Assembly (NCBI RefSeq): GCF_006345805.1
Contig: NC_043014.1
Span: 36,022,001-36,086,000, forward strand
Direction of reading: 5' to 3'
Source: Octopus sinensis
Lineage: Eukaryota
Length of the DNA stretch: 64,000 nucleotides
The notes beneath the pieces were generated by a model. That model saw nothing but the letters and a program-made list of their open reading frames with translations. It made no database searches and was not told the origin of the DNA. Positions within the stretch are counted from its first letter, which is position 1, and every line of letters begins with the position of its first letter. Shown here in pieces: positions 37,465 through 49,406 of this stretch. A program made the position numbers and the translations under genes.

Positions 37465-37480
<16 letters not shown>
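35160..37480 (+). repeat. ~1161-bp tandem duplication of the Helitron 5' part and its flank
   Basis: 35268 and 36429 starts; the copies differ by a substitution and two 1-bp deletions. Confidence 0.9.
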
Positions 37481-37509
<29 letters not shown>

Positions 37510-39969
37510 TACATGCATAATATATCTACCCATACACACACACGTACACACACACACACATACATAGGGGCAGGTGTGGCTGCGTGGTAACAAACTACGT
37601 TCGAAGATACTGTACTTGATATGGGCGGTAGTGCCTTGCCGGTCTATGGCCTACCTTCAACAAACCGGGAAGGCACAAACACTCTGTCTTCACATTTGCT
37701 GCGTGGGACATGTTTTAATGTTGATGAGCTTGCCGAGTACATAGCCGACAATGAGCCAAAGCTCCTTCCAGAACACAAGTTCGCTTACAACTCCGTTGTT
37801 AATTCAGTCCAGGCCAAAACTGGGAGGATTTTTTTCCTGGATGCTCCTGGGGGCACTGGGAAAACTTTTGTCAACAAATTAATATTGGCTGAGATTAGGC
37901 GAACACAAGGCATTGCCCTAGCTGTGGCATCATCTGGAATTGCGGCTACTTTGTTGCCAGGCGGCAGGACAGCTCACTCTACTTTCAAGCTCCCGCTTGA
38001 CTTAGCGAAGACTGAGACACCAACTTGCAACATCAGTAACAGCTCCGATCAGGCAGAAGTCTTCAGACGATGCAAGCTTATCGTTTGGGATGAATGCACG
38101 ATGGCCCACAGAGGTGCTCTTGAGGCACTAGATAGATCTCTCAGAGACATCAAACACTCTTCAGCTCCAATGGGAGGCATAACAATTCTTCTTTCAGGGG
38201 ACTTCCGACAAACACTTCCCGTTATTCCCAAAGGGACTAGAGCTGATGCAGTAAGTGCGTGTCTTAAGTCATCCACATTGTGGCCACTGGTGAAGACTCT
38301 CAAACTTCACACAAATATGCGTGCTCATATGCGACGTGATATCACATCAGCAGCATTTTCTCACACCCTCATTGCACTTGGCGAAGGCAAAATACCAGGG
38401 GATGAAAATGGTAATATTGCCATCGATTCAATTTGTACCATTGTTAAAACGCCTTCTGATCTCAGAGATGCAGTGTTCCCAGATCTACAAGCTAATTATC
38501 AGAATATGGATTGGATTGGCCAAAGGGTTATTCTGGCCCCGAGGAATAAAACTGTTCACCATATTAATGATGAAATGCTAAAACTCATTCCTGGGGATGT
38601 CTATGTATATAAGTCTATCGATACAACTCCTGACCCAGAGGACGTCATCAATTATCCAATAGAGGTACACAATTCCTTTGAGCCCCCCGGACTACCACCA
38701 CACATTCTCAAACTTAAAGTTGGTGCCCCTATAATGCTCATTAGAAATTTGGTTCCCCCAAAACAATGTAATGGCACACGTTTGATCGTTGAGTCCTTAT
38801 CTCCCAATCTGATTGAGGCCACCATTATCACAGGGTGCGGTCGAGGCAACGTTGTGCTCATACCTAGGATGCATCTTTTCCCTTCAGGAGCAGACCTACC
38901 TTTCATATTTCGGAGGTCCCAGTTCCCAGTAAGGCCATGTTTCGCAATGTCAATTAACAAAGCGCAGGGTCAAACACTGTCTGTGGCGGGAATACATTTG
39001 GGAGAGCCATGTTTCTCTCATGGTCAGCTTTATGTTGGCTGCTCGCGTGTCGGCAGCAACAGTGATGCTTTCGCATTCGTTCCACAACGAAAAACAAAAA
39101 AGCATTGTGTACAAGGAGGTTTTATAGGATTACTACGTTTCATCATTTTCGAACATGTTAGTATTTCACTTACATACGACTCTCTTTTATGATGGCATTT
39201 ACATTTTTAGGCGTTTCATGACATTAATTCACACTTAACCAACACCTGTCCTTCGCTCACCTCTATTTCTATCCATTCATCATCAAACCACCAGCCTCAT
39301 CTTCTATATCCAACGTACATGACACATCTACCCCCTACATCTATACTCTCACTGTTAAAGTTTACATAAGCGACAACACGATCGCAACCTACACTTTGGG
39401 AACTAAGCAACAGATCATTTTATACAACAACAAATTTAATCATAACGCCCATCAATGAAAACATCTCCACCACTGTGTTGTGATTCATCTAATCAGCACC
39501 ACTACAGTCTTTCCGGTCTGACATATGGTGAGTAGATGCTATTGTCCTATATTTTATAAATTACCCATATTTACTTACCCATGCTTCATTCCCCCTCTTG
39601 CCTACATAGGAAATCCACTCTCTTTTAACACAGCATGAAGTTTTGTAACAGCACATCCGCTGCCATTCGTGCAAAACAAAGAGACCCTATTCACCTGCGA
39701 ACGTTTTACATCGCCTTCCAGGACTATCAAATTCTTACAATTATGAGAACAATAACATGGCTCTTTTCAAGGCAACCTCGCATTCAATTCTTACACCATT
39801 CTACGAGGGGGTAGGAACCCCTTTACACGGCTTTCTATACACTTACAAATACATTCATTCGCCGTAAACTTATATCAATATTTGCTTGAATAATCATCAT
39901 AATTCAGTGCAATCATTAACAGTACTTTCAAGCAATTCATCCCCGAGCAACGCCGGGCAATTCTGCTAG
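35268..39969 (+). mobile_element. internally deleted and rearranged Helitron, plus strand
   Basis: 5' a|TCtatatatataaaactgag (TCTG)n at 35268, repeated at 36429; 3' hairpin cccgagcaacgccggg then caattctgCTAG|t at 39966-39969; Rep-Hel linker and helicase sequence inside. Confidence 0.9.
37621..39192 (+). CDS. Helitron PIF1-family helicase frame (RepHel C-terminal half, no Rep)
   Basis: 523-codon ORF with Walker A DAPGGTGKT, Walker B VWDECTM, SGDFRQTLPV, FAMSINKAQGQTL and HGQLYVGCSRV. The last ~30 codons look frameshifted. Confidence 0.88.
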   Translation: MGGSALPVYGLPSTNREGTNTLSSHLLRGTCFNVDELAEYIADNEPKLLPEHKFAYNSVVNSVQAKTGRIFFLDAPGGTGKTFVNKLILAEIRRTQGIALAVASSGIAATLLPGGRTAHSTFKLPLDLAKTETPTCNISNSSDQAEVFRRCKLIVWDECTMAHRGALEALDRSLRDIKHSSAPMGGITILLSGDFRQTLPVIPKGTRADAVSACLKSSTLWPLVKTLKLHTNMRAHMRRDITSAAFSHTLIALGEGKIPGDENGNIAIDSICTIVKTPSDLRDAVFPDLQANYQNMDWIGQRVILAPRNKTVHHINDEMLKLIPGDVYVYKSIDTTPDPEDVINYPIEVHNSFEPPGLPPHILKLKVGAPIMLIRNLVPPKQCNGTRLIVESLSPNLIEATIITGCGRGNVVLIPRMHLFPSGADLPFIFRRSQFPVRPCFAMSINKAQGQTLSVAGIHLGEPCFSHGQLYVGCSRVGSNSDAFAFVPQRKTKKHCVQGGFIGLLRFIIFEHVSISLTYDSLL

Positions 39970-40220
39970 TTTGTGATAAAATACAAGATACGATAAAATT
40001 TCTAGTTGCTTAGCATCAAGTCTTCACTGAGAAATTCTAGATCAACTTGAGCTATAACCATTAGGTTTTGGTTTACTTTTTTACTGGGCATTGTGCACCA
40101 TCTAATGTTTCATATCTGTTCTTAACCATTTAGCATTCAGATTATCAAATGTAGTTCTTATTTAGTCATACTGCTTTGAATTAATTATGCATTACCTTTG
40201 GAGTTTAAGATTTTGATGAT

Positions 40221-40435
40221 GACTCTTTTACTCGTTTCAGTCATTTGACTGCGGCCATGCTGAAGCACCGCCTTTAGTCGAGCAAATCGACCCCGGGACT
40301 TATTCTTTGTAAGCCCAGTACTTATTCTATCGGTCTCTTTTTGCCGAACCGCTAAGTGACAGGGACGTAAAAACACCAGCATCGGTTGTCAAGCAATGCT
40401 AGGGGGACAAACACACACACACACACACACACAAG

Positions 40436-40468
<33 letters not shown>

Positions 40469-40750
40469 AATCCAAACGGGAAAACAAAAAAACAACAACA
40501 ATGGAACAATTACAGTATTATTATTAATAGGCACTCAGGAAATGGAAGCAGGAGGGTATGACATATATATATATACATATATATGACAGGCTTCTTTCAG
40601 TTTTCGTCTACCAAATCCACTCACAAGGCATTGGTCGGCCCGGGGCTATAGCAGAAGACACTTGCCCAAGATGCCACGCAGTGGGACTGAACCCGGAACC
40701 ATGTGGTTGGTTAGCAAGCTACTTACCACACAGCTACTCCTGCGCCTATG
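40221..40750 (-). mobile_element. SINE family A with ~100-bp insert in its microsatellite
   Basis: Both halves are near consensus; unrelated insert at about 40463-40562. Confidence 0.9.
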
Positions 40751-42269
40751 AGATCACTTATTTTTTAGAATGACATTATAGGGTAGGTGTAAGAGGCTAG
40801 ATCTGGCTAGTCTGAACAAAAAACAAGTAGAATATTTGGGCCAGATATGGCTGGTTGAAATGCTAAAGGGTTAAGAAGGCAGGATGTAATTTGAGAATTC
40901 TTTGGCTAGTACCTCTAGCAGGTTGAGTGACTACTGTTTCATGCATGCTTTAACATGCATTTTGATATGATGTCTGGTGTAGTACAGTGTCTTGTGCAAT
41001 TCCATATAATGCCTTGGTCTGTAGTATATGATATGATGTCTTTGTTGTGTGGTGTGATGGGACACATAACTTCAGGGAGTGATCATGTGCCTTGTATGGT
41101 GTGATGTGATGCCTTGATGTGGAGTATGATCTGATGTTCTGGTGTGTGGTGTTGTGCTTCAGATTTGTAACCTGGTTGAAAACTTTATTTTAAATATTCC
41201 CATGTCAGGACTGGTTACGTTGGCTGAGATGTGCACTAACTGCTTGGTAGTATTTAGTTGTCTCGAATTCAAATTCTCAGTGATATTGCACCTGTGAAAG
41301 TTGACATTTTAGACTATTTTTGCCCATATGTACGTATGTATGTATATGTGTATGTGTTTTTCCACCACCACTGCTTGACAACCAGTGTTGGTTTAGTTTA
41401 TTTTTAACTTAGTTTAACAAAAGATATAGATAAAATAAGTATCATGCTTTAAAAAACAAGTACTGGGTCAACTTGTTCGATTAAAACCTTCAAGGTGGTA
41501 CCCTAGCATTGCTGCAGTCCACTGACTGAAACAAGATAAATAATTGTAATCATCTCAGCGAAATTTTGTTTAACAAGCCATATTTTGTTTAATGTACAAG
41601 CTGTCAGAACTTGGCTTCTTACACCTACCTTATATTATCATTCACACAAGCAAGTGTTTTCTACTATATAATCTTAGGCCAGCCAAAGCCTTGTGAGTGA
41701 ATTTAGAGATGGAAACTGAAAAAAGCATATCGTATATGTGTATAACATATCAATGTGTGTGTGTCTCTTGACAAGTGGTGCTGGTGCGTTTACATCCTCG
41801 TTAACTTAGTGGTTTGGCAAAAGGGTGGGGGAGGGCAATAAAATAAGTAAAAAGCTGTAAAAAAAGTTCTGGGGTTGATACATGAGTAAAAAACTCCTGA
41901 AGGTGAGCCCCAGCACATATAAAATATATAATCACATCATTGCAATATCAAATTTACGAGAGAATGCATGATCAATTCAAAACAATGTAGGTGTATAGAC
42001 ATTACACATCTGACAGGGTAATCTGAATGCTAAAGGATTAAAAACATACATTAAGAAAGTTAAGAGGAAACAGTCTTGGCAATGGTGGTGTGTTGTGTAG
42101 AGCAACTATAAAGTAATGTCTCAATAGATTGATACTAAACTTATTATGCATCAAAGGAAGTTGGTGATAGGATTTGAACTCAAAACATGACGGATAGATA
42201 TTAAATACAGCAACCTAATTAGCTTGGAAAACAAACAAAAAATATCTTTTCTTGATAATTCTTCCTAAT

Positions 42270-42678
42270 TATGGCATAAGACCAGTTATCTTGAGGGAGG
42301 CGGTGAAGTTGAAACCATTGATTCCAGTACTAGACTGACTGGTACTATATTTCACTAACCCCAACAGAATGGCATTTACAGTTGTCCTGGTAGGATTTGA
42401 ACTTAGTCTGAAGAAACGCAGCAAATCATTTTATCAATTCCTTAATAATTCTGCCAGCTCATTGCCCTCTCAGCAAGAAATAAAAGTTTCTAATCTGAGG
42501 GGATGGGGCTAATCAATTACAACGACTCCAGTGCTTAACTGGTACTTATTGGATCCCGAAATGAAATGCAAAGTCGACCTCTGGAGAATTTGAACTCAGG
42601 ATGTGAAGATGGACAAAATGTTGCTAAGCATTTTGTCTGGTGTACTAACGAATTCAGCCAGCTGACCGCCTTTTTCTC

Positions 42679-42709
<31 letters not shown>

Positions 42710-43750
42710 GTATCAAATTTGCCACAAGGGCAACAATTTGGGGAAAGGGAATAAGTCAATTTCATCAATGCCAGTGCTTCACTGGTACTTAATTTATCAA
42801 CCCCAAAAGGCTGAAAGGCAAAGTCAACCTCAGCAGAATTTGAACTCAGAGCAAAGCGACAGGCGAAATACTGCTAACGATTCTGCCAGCTCACAGCTTT
42901 AATAATAATAATAACAATAATAAATTCTTTTTATTGGCCACAAAGGCTAATATAAGTCAAAAACATTAAAGGACAACAAAATACGATATACAAAAGGTTC
43001 TACTCTAGGCCCGAAATTTTTGGGGAGGGGCCAGTTGATTAGGTCGACTTCAATACACAACTTGTCAACCTAGTACGGATGAAAGGCAAAGTTGACCTCG
43101 GTGAAATTTGAACTCAGAACATAAAGACAAACGAAATACTGCTAAGCATTTCGCCTGGCATGCTAAAGTTTCTGCCAGCTCACTGCCTTAAGGTTCAATA
43201 ATAATAATAATCCTTTCTACTATAGGCACAAGGCCTGAATTTGGGAGGGGTTAGTCAATTACATCGACCATAGTATGCAAGTAGTACTTAATTTATCAAC
43301 TCCGAAAGGATGAAAGGCAAAGTCGACCTCGGCAGACGAAATACCTATCTCTTTACTACTCACAAGAGGTTAAACACAGAGAGGACAAACAAGGACAGAC
43401 AAACGGATGAAGTCGATTATATCGACACCAGTGCGTAACTGGTACTTAATTTATCGACCTCGAAAGGATGAAAGGCAAAGTTGACCTCAGCGGAATTTGA
43501 ACTCAGAACGTAACGGCAGACGAAATACCTATTTCTTTATTACCCACAAGGGGCCAAACAAGGACAGACATAAGTATTAAGTCGATTACATCGACCCCAG
43601 TGCGTAACTGGTACTTAATTTATCGACCCCGAAAGGATGAAAGGCAAAGTCGACTTTGGCGGAATTTGAACTCAGAACGTAACGGCAGACGAAATACCGC
43701 TAAGCATTTCACCAAGCGTGCTAACAATTCTGCTAGCTCACCGCCTCATT
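42270..43750 (-). mobile_element. array of family B SINEs including head-to-tail concatemers
   Basis: At least 6 cores; junction cagacgaaatacctat(t/c)tcttta at about 43345 and 43527. Confidence 0.88.
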
Positions 43751-43756
43751 AATAAT

Positions 43757-44115
43757 AAGAGCATTCAAGAGAGCGCAACCTCCGCCAAGGCAACACCAAT
43801 GTCCTCTCAGCCAGAGATGATTTTTAAAATAAGAATATCTGAAATAAACTCGACTGCTCTCACAAACGAGAATACTAAGAATGAACCCGACTGCTCTCAA
43901 AAATTAAGTAAAAAAAAAAAACAGTAAAAATAAACCAGAATCCTTGTCCGGGACCCGATCGATCTCAAAATCTAATCAGTTCATGCCAGTCATGATGCCA
44001 AACATCTCTAAAAGTTTTATCCGAATCCATCCAGTAGTTCTTGAGATATCTTGTCCATGGACAAACAAAAAAACACAACAGAAAAACAATACCCCCGCCT
44101 TCGCTAAGGCGGAAA
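43757..44115 (+). mobile_element. Helentron-associated (HINE-like) non-autonomous element
   Basis: 5' subterminal cctccgccaagg and 3' hairpin ccgccttcgctaaggcgg then aaataa. Confidence 0.55.
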
Positions 44116-44370
44116 TAATAATAATAATGATTTCTTTATTATCCACAAGTTTTTTACACGAAGAAAAACATTATGGACAGTACAGGACAAACCCAAAATA
44201 ATGTGTGTGAGTGTGTGTAGTTGTAAGGGTTTTGCGTAATCCTTTCTATTAGAGGCACAAATACCTGAAATTTGGTGGGGTAGAGGAAGTCGATTATATC
44301 GTTCCTCACTAATTGGAGCCTGAGAAGGTAATAGCTGAGATTTATCTACAGTGATTTTATAAAAAAAGTA

Positions 44371-44825
44371 TACTCTCTTTTACTTGTGTCAGTAATTTGA
44401 CTGTCGCCATGCTGGAGCACCGCCTTTAGTCGAGCAAATCGACCACAGGATTTATTCTTTGTAAGCCCAGTACTTAATCTATCGGTCTTCTTTTGTCGAA
44501 ACGCTAAGTTACGGGGACGTAAACACATCAGCATCGGTTGTCAAGCGATGTTGGGGGTGGGGGAGAAACACAGAAACATACAAACACACACACACACACA
44601 CACCACACACCACACACACACACACATACACACACACACACACACCACACACACATATATATATATATATAAATACTAATATAGGATGAAGTTTTTTTTC
44701 TCTACAGAAAATAATTCCATCAAGAAATGTGGCAGCATATTAAATTATATGCGGAAATTGACGATTTAATAGTCTGTTATCAGCATATTGGTTTTGAATT
44801 AATTTTCTTTAGCCCTTATTTATAA

Positions 44826-44875
<50 letters not shown>

Positions 44876-45030
44876 CGGGCTTCTTTCAGTTTCCGTCTAC
44901 CAAATCCACTCATGGGTCGGCCCGAGGCTATAGTAGAAGACACTTGCCCGAGGTGCCACGCAGTGGGAATGAACCTGGAACCATGTGGTTCGTAAGCAAG
45001 CTACTTACCACAGAGCCACTCCTACGCCTG
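44371..45030 (-). mobile_element. SINE family A with ~150-bp insert
   Basis: Both halves are present; insert at about 44675-44825 between microsatellites. Confidence 0.88.
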
Positions 45031-45510
45031 TAAAAGATAATTTATTGTAATAGCATACTTTTCTTACACACACACAGGGCCTCGCTTGGTTCGGTCAGCC
45101 AAATCTCCCTTAAATCACACATCTTTTTCATTTGAAATATTTGCAATTCCTCACCACCACCACCACCACCACCGAAACGGCTTCTCCCATGGCTTTTAAG
45201 TGCGTAGTGCCAAAAAAATGTTGGTCAATATCTGTCCAGAACAGTGGTTTTCAACTAGGGTTCCGCCAGTACAGTCCAGGGGTTCCGCAAGAAGTTTACA
45301 AAACTGCTAAAATTGGCAGTAATTTTTAATTCTCCTGTGCAGATATGTGTGCATAAGACTATTAAATTATTGCACAGGGGTTCCTCGAGCCAGTGGAATG
45401 TTTCCTTGGGGTTCCGCTCCAGCAAAAAGTTTGAAAAGCACTGGTCCAGAATATGGTAGTGAGGTGTAAAAATCATTAACTTTCATAACTTTTTACATAA
45501 AATTTGCGCT

Positions 45511-45552
45511 GAGAGGACTCGGAAAATACACGTGAATTTTCCGAGTCCTCTC
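45511..45552. repeat. 42-bp near-perfect palindrome centred on CACGTG
   Basis: gagaggactcggaaaat-aCACGTGa-attttccgagtcctctc (17-bp perfect arms). Confidence 0.95.
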
Positions 45553-45689
45553 CCCACCGCTCCCCCGTTCGTAAGCGTGCATTTTTTAAATTTCACATTC
45601 GTTTACTGCACATTATTTGATAAAAAGAAAAATGGACTCGTACAATTTTTCAAGTACACCCCACACGATTCACTAAGCTTGTAAAAATT

Positions 45690-46000
45690 TACGGCATTTT
45701 GAAATTACCCCCACCCAACCCCATTTTTTCATTTTTAACTTTTTTCAGAAATTGTGTTTTCAAAATATGCGGAAAATACGGAGATTATGATTCTGAAAAA
45801 AATTTGCAAACATTTTTCTAGTTACTGTTAGGGTTTTAGGGTTAGGATTTTAGGGCTAGGGTTGAGGTTTTAGGGTGACGGAAAAAAGTGAAAATTTAAG
45901 AAATTGGGGGAAGGAAGTGTGGGGGGGGGTCAGAAATTTTAAAATCCTGATTTTTGGCAATTTTCCGGAATCTCCGTATCCAAAAACGTGGGTTTTTGAG
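45690..46000 (+). repeat. modular dispersed repeat with TTAGGG-like tract
   Basis: Homologous in inverted orientation to 52850-53170. Confidence 0.7.
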
Positions 46001-47637
46001 ACAAAAAAAAATTATTTGCGAGAAAATGGGAGAGGAACAGGAGGAAGTCTTACCAAATCTACCCATAGTTTTTACACCTATTACATATTTTTTATTTTTT
46101 TTTTTTTTCATTTTTGCAATCTGAACTAGAGATTAACCGAAAATCTAAATAACGTGAGCATTCTGATATGAAACTCCGCCAAATTTTCTACAAATACACT
46201 TCAATGGAGATAATATTGGAATACGTGGAGAATATATTTTTCCGAGGGTGAGGAGTTTCGGAAAATTCACAGGTGACGGCTTTTACTCATAACTGTTAAA
46301 CACGCACACCGCCCATTTTCGGCGGAAACCAAACCTTATATCAACGGGTGTGCGTATCCTTCGCCTTCACCTAAATACCTTTCAGAGTGCGCAGATTACA
46401 ATTATACCGGAGTTCAATATGAAAAAATATGAAAGAAAAAAAAATGGACTCGTACAAATACGTACTGACACACGTCACACATATCAACTGTATGAAACCA
46501 GAAATTTCGAAAAAAAAATTGTGATGCGTGTCAGTATGTATATGTGTGTGATCATTATTTTTTCTTTTCACATCATATTCTGATATATTCGTAATTTACA
46601 CACTCCGAAAAAAAAGTACCTGCTAAAAAAAATTTTAAAACAGGTGGGGGGAATGCTTAACTTGACCCGAAAACGAAATAGGTTAATGGTTAACGTTTAC
46701 AAAAAATGGTAATATCCATTTTTGAGAAAGTTATGAGGAAACAAAGCTAACTCGTGTGAATTATCTGAAAGTCCGCTTTCCACACACAGAAAATTTTTTT
46801 TAAACTTTTTCGAAATTTTTCCCCCTTATATTTTAAATGACAAAGATTCCGAATATGTAAGAAAACACGTTTTCAAAATTTGAAAATTCAATTAGCTATA
46901 GATAGGTGCATAAAGAGATAGGTAGATATGTCTTCCTGGCGCTAAAAACAACAGTAACACCGTCTTCTATAGGACTGCCACATTTAGTTGACAAATATAT
47001 TTTATGAATAAACGGACAAGGATAAATAGACAAGCAGATAAATAAATAAATGGATGAAAACATTCAAAATTTAAAATTGGGGGAGGGGTGAAATTTGAGC
47101 CCCTTATTAAACTTTATAGCATTAATTATTAAACATTAAGGTTGGTTTCTCATAAAATTGTGTATTTAATTTACATTCTTATTTACACATGTAAAACGCA
47201 AATTCTCTTCATTTTAATGTTTTTGTCTGGATTTAATTTCGATTTCCATATGTTCCTCAATTCGCCACGATCTCTTTAAAGTAAACAAAATCAAAAATTT
47301 AAATTGGGGGGAGGTGAGGCAAGATCAAAATTTTTTTTTACATATTTGTAATCCCCGACATCAAAAACGTAGGAATCCGAACGATTTTTTTTTCAACAAA
47401 ATGCATTTTTCAAGGAGAGGTGCGAAACCGCATTAGCCCTGACAAGCCTAAGTGAAATAAAACAAGCATTTGAAACACAAAATATCGATCACTGAACGAG
47501 GTAATAAAATCTTAATTCAATACAAGTGTGTGTGTATGTAATTGCGGAGAGAGAGAGAGAGAAAGACAAAAAGAAAAGGGGCAGAGAGAAAGAGAAAGGA
47601 ACGAAGGAAATAAAAGTTATCCTTAATCTTAACTTAC

Positions 47638-47752
47638 AGTCTTCAGCGGACGTCATCACTATCATCGTCATAACTAAAAACGTCGTCGACAGCATAGTAA
47701 GCAGAAAAGGGCGCCGACTGCCTCCGGCCACAATAATGTAACTACAGGACAT
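47638..47752 (-). CDS. Ig-superfamily receptor exon 1 (signal peptide)
   Basis: ATG at 47752. Encodes MSCSYIIVAGGSRRPFLLTMLSTTFLVMTMIVMTSAED (basic RR, hydrophobic core, TSA-ED cleavage-like site). Ends GAC T|gtaagt, phase 1, matching the next exon. An in-frame Met20 is an alternative start. Confidence 0.8.
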
Positions 47753-48703
47753 ATTTAATCCAGATGAAATATGATAGAAAAGTTTGTAATGGTTTTCTTC
47801 GTGGCGTAATTCAATTAGAAAATTAAATCCAACAGAACAGGTTCTATAAGCGTGAATATTTACGTATGTATAACAGTGCACGAATTAACTGTTAAAGTCG
47901 ATCATTTTATCCTTTCAAAGTATTGACTTGACAGATAAATAGTTATCTTATGATCTTTCTTGTCTTCTTAGATCCAAGAACAGAAAAAGAAAATTAAATA
48001 ATCCGTAATGTGTATATGAGGTGAGTGCTAATTAGAGAGAGAGAAAATATGATATTATTTAAAAAGCAAACGGTCAACTTTTAAAAGTGGTGAAGAGTAG
48101 CAGGTAGTACAGTAACAGGTTTTCCTTTTTTCTATTTTTTACCCTGAACTGACTTCAACGTAGGCGAACAGAAGCTTGAAAGAAAAAAAAACTGTAATAG
48201 TGGAAGGAAGAGAGGAGGAACAAGTAGTTAAAGTGTGAGAGGAATAAGAGGGAGTGGGGGGAAAGCCAGTATTGAAACGAGGGGTAGAGAAAAGGAGGTA
48301 AGACGGAGAAAAGAAAAAGGAAGACAGATATGAGTGACAGAGTGTAAGTCGGAGGCAGTCAGAAGAGAACGTCTAATATATTAACTAGAGTGAGTGAGTG
48401 AATGATAAGGTGATAAAAATAAGAGATAGAGAGACTTGTGGTAGTAAGATAAAAGAGGTCAAACATTGGAATGTTTTTTTTTTAATCACAAATCCTTATT
48501 TAATGTCTCAAGACATTTTTTCAAACTATGTCTTTGTAAAATAAACAGTTGTAATTGTATTATGCAAATTTTGAAACTTGCTTTCTATAAATATAATTTT
48601 AACTGTTTGTTTTCGTTGACTGATCAATGAAATTTATCGAAAGTATCCTGATCGGATCCAACTTATATCTAAATAAAAGACCGAAAGATTCAGAAATTTA
48701 TAT

Positions 48704-48867
48704 AGCACTTTGTACCTAGACTGATGAATATATTTATCACAGTTCTGAGTTCAATTTGCCTTTCATCTTTCAGGGTCGATAAATTAAGTACCAGTTGTGA
48801 AAGATGAAAGGCAAATTTGAACTCAGAACTGTGATAAATATATTCATTAGTCGAGGTACAAAGTGCT
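48704..48867. repeat. inverted repeat with ~69-bp arms and a 25-bp spacer (partly SINE B derived)
   Basis: The arms differ at 2 substitutions and 1 indel. Confidence 0.95.
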
Positions 48868-49198
48868 CATTAAGCAAATATGATAATGATAGGATGATAT
48901 CCAAGTACAAATAAAGTCATTTGTAATAAAATATATTTTGGTGATAATGTAGAATTTGCTTGATATGTTGAACGCTGTCAAAATAAGGTCTGGTATTTAT
49001 ACATTTAGGCAGATTTAATGGGGTGGTGGTGGGTGACGTTTTTTGGGAAAGTTGGTATTTAGGAGATAAACAGGTCACAGGCTATTGTTCTTAGGGTAGT
49101 CAAAGTCAACCTCGGCGGAATTTTAACTCAGAGAGTTTTTTGAAATGAGAAGAATCAGTGAGGAAGTAAATAAATGAATAAATAGAATAATTGAATAA

Positions 49199-49233
<35 letters not shown>

Positions 49234-49363
49234 ATATATAATATATATATATATATAATATATATATATATAATATATATATATATATTATATATATATA
49301 TATTATATATATATATATATATATAATATATATATATATATTATATATATATATATAATATAT

Positions 49364-49406
<43 letters not shown>

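Noticed and set aside
40930-41160. TGATG/TGGTG-rich stretch
   Set aside because: Decayed simple repeat with no higher-order structure.
45828-45875. Telomere or chromosome fusion site (also 52930 and 56920)
   Set aside because: Short degenerate tracts embedded in dispersed repeats.
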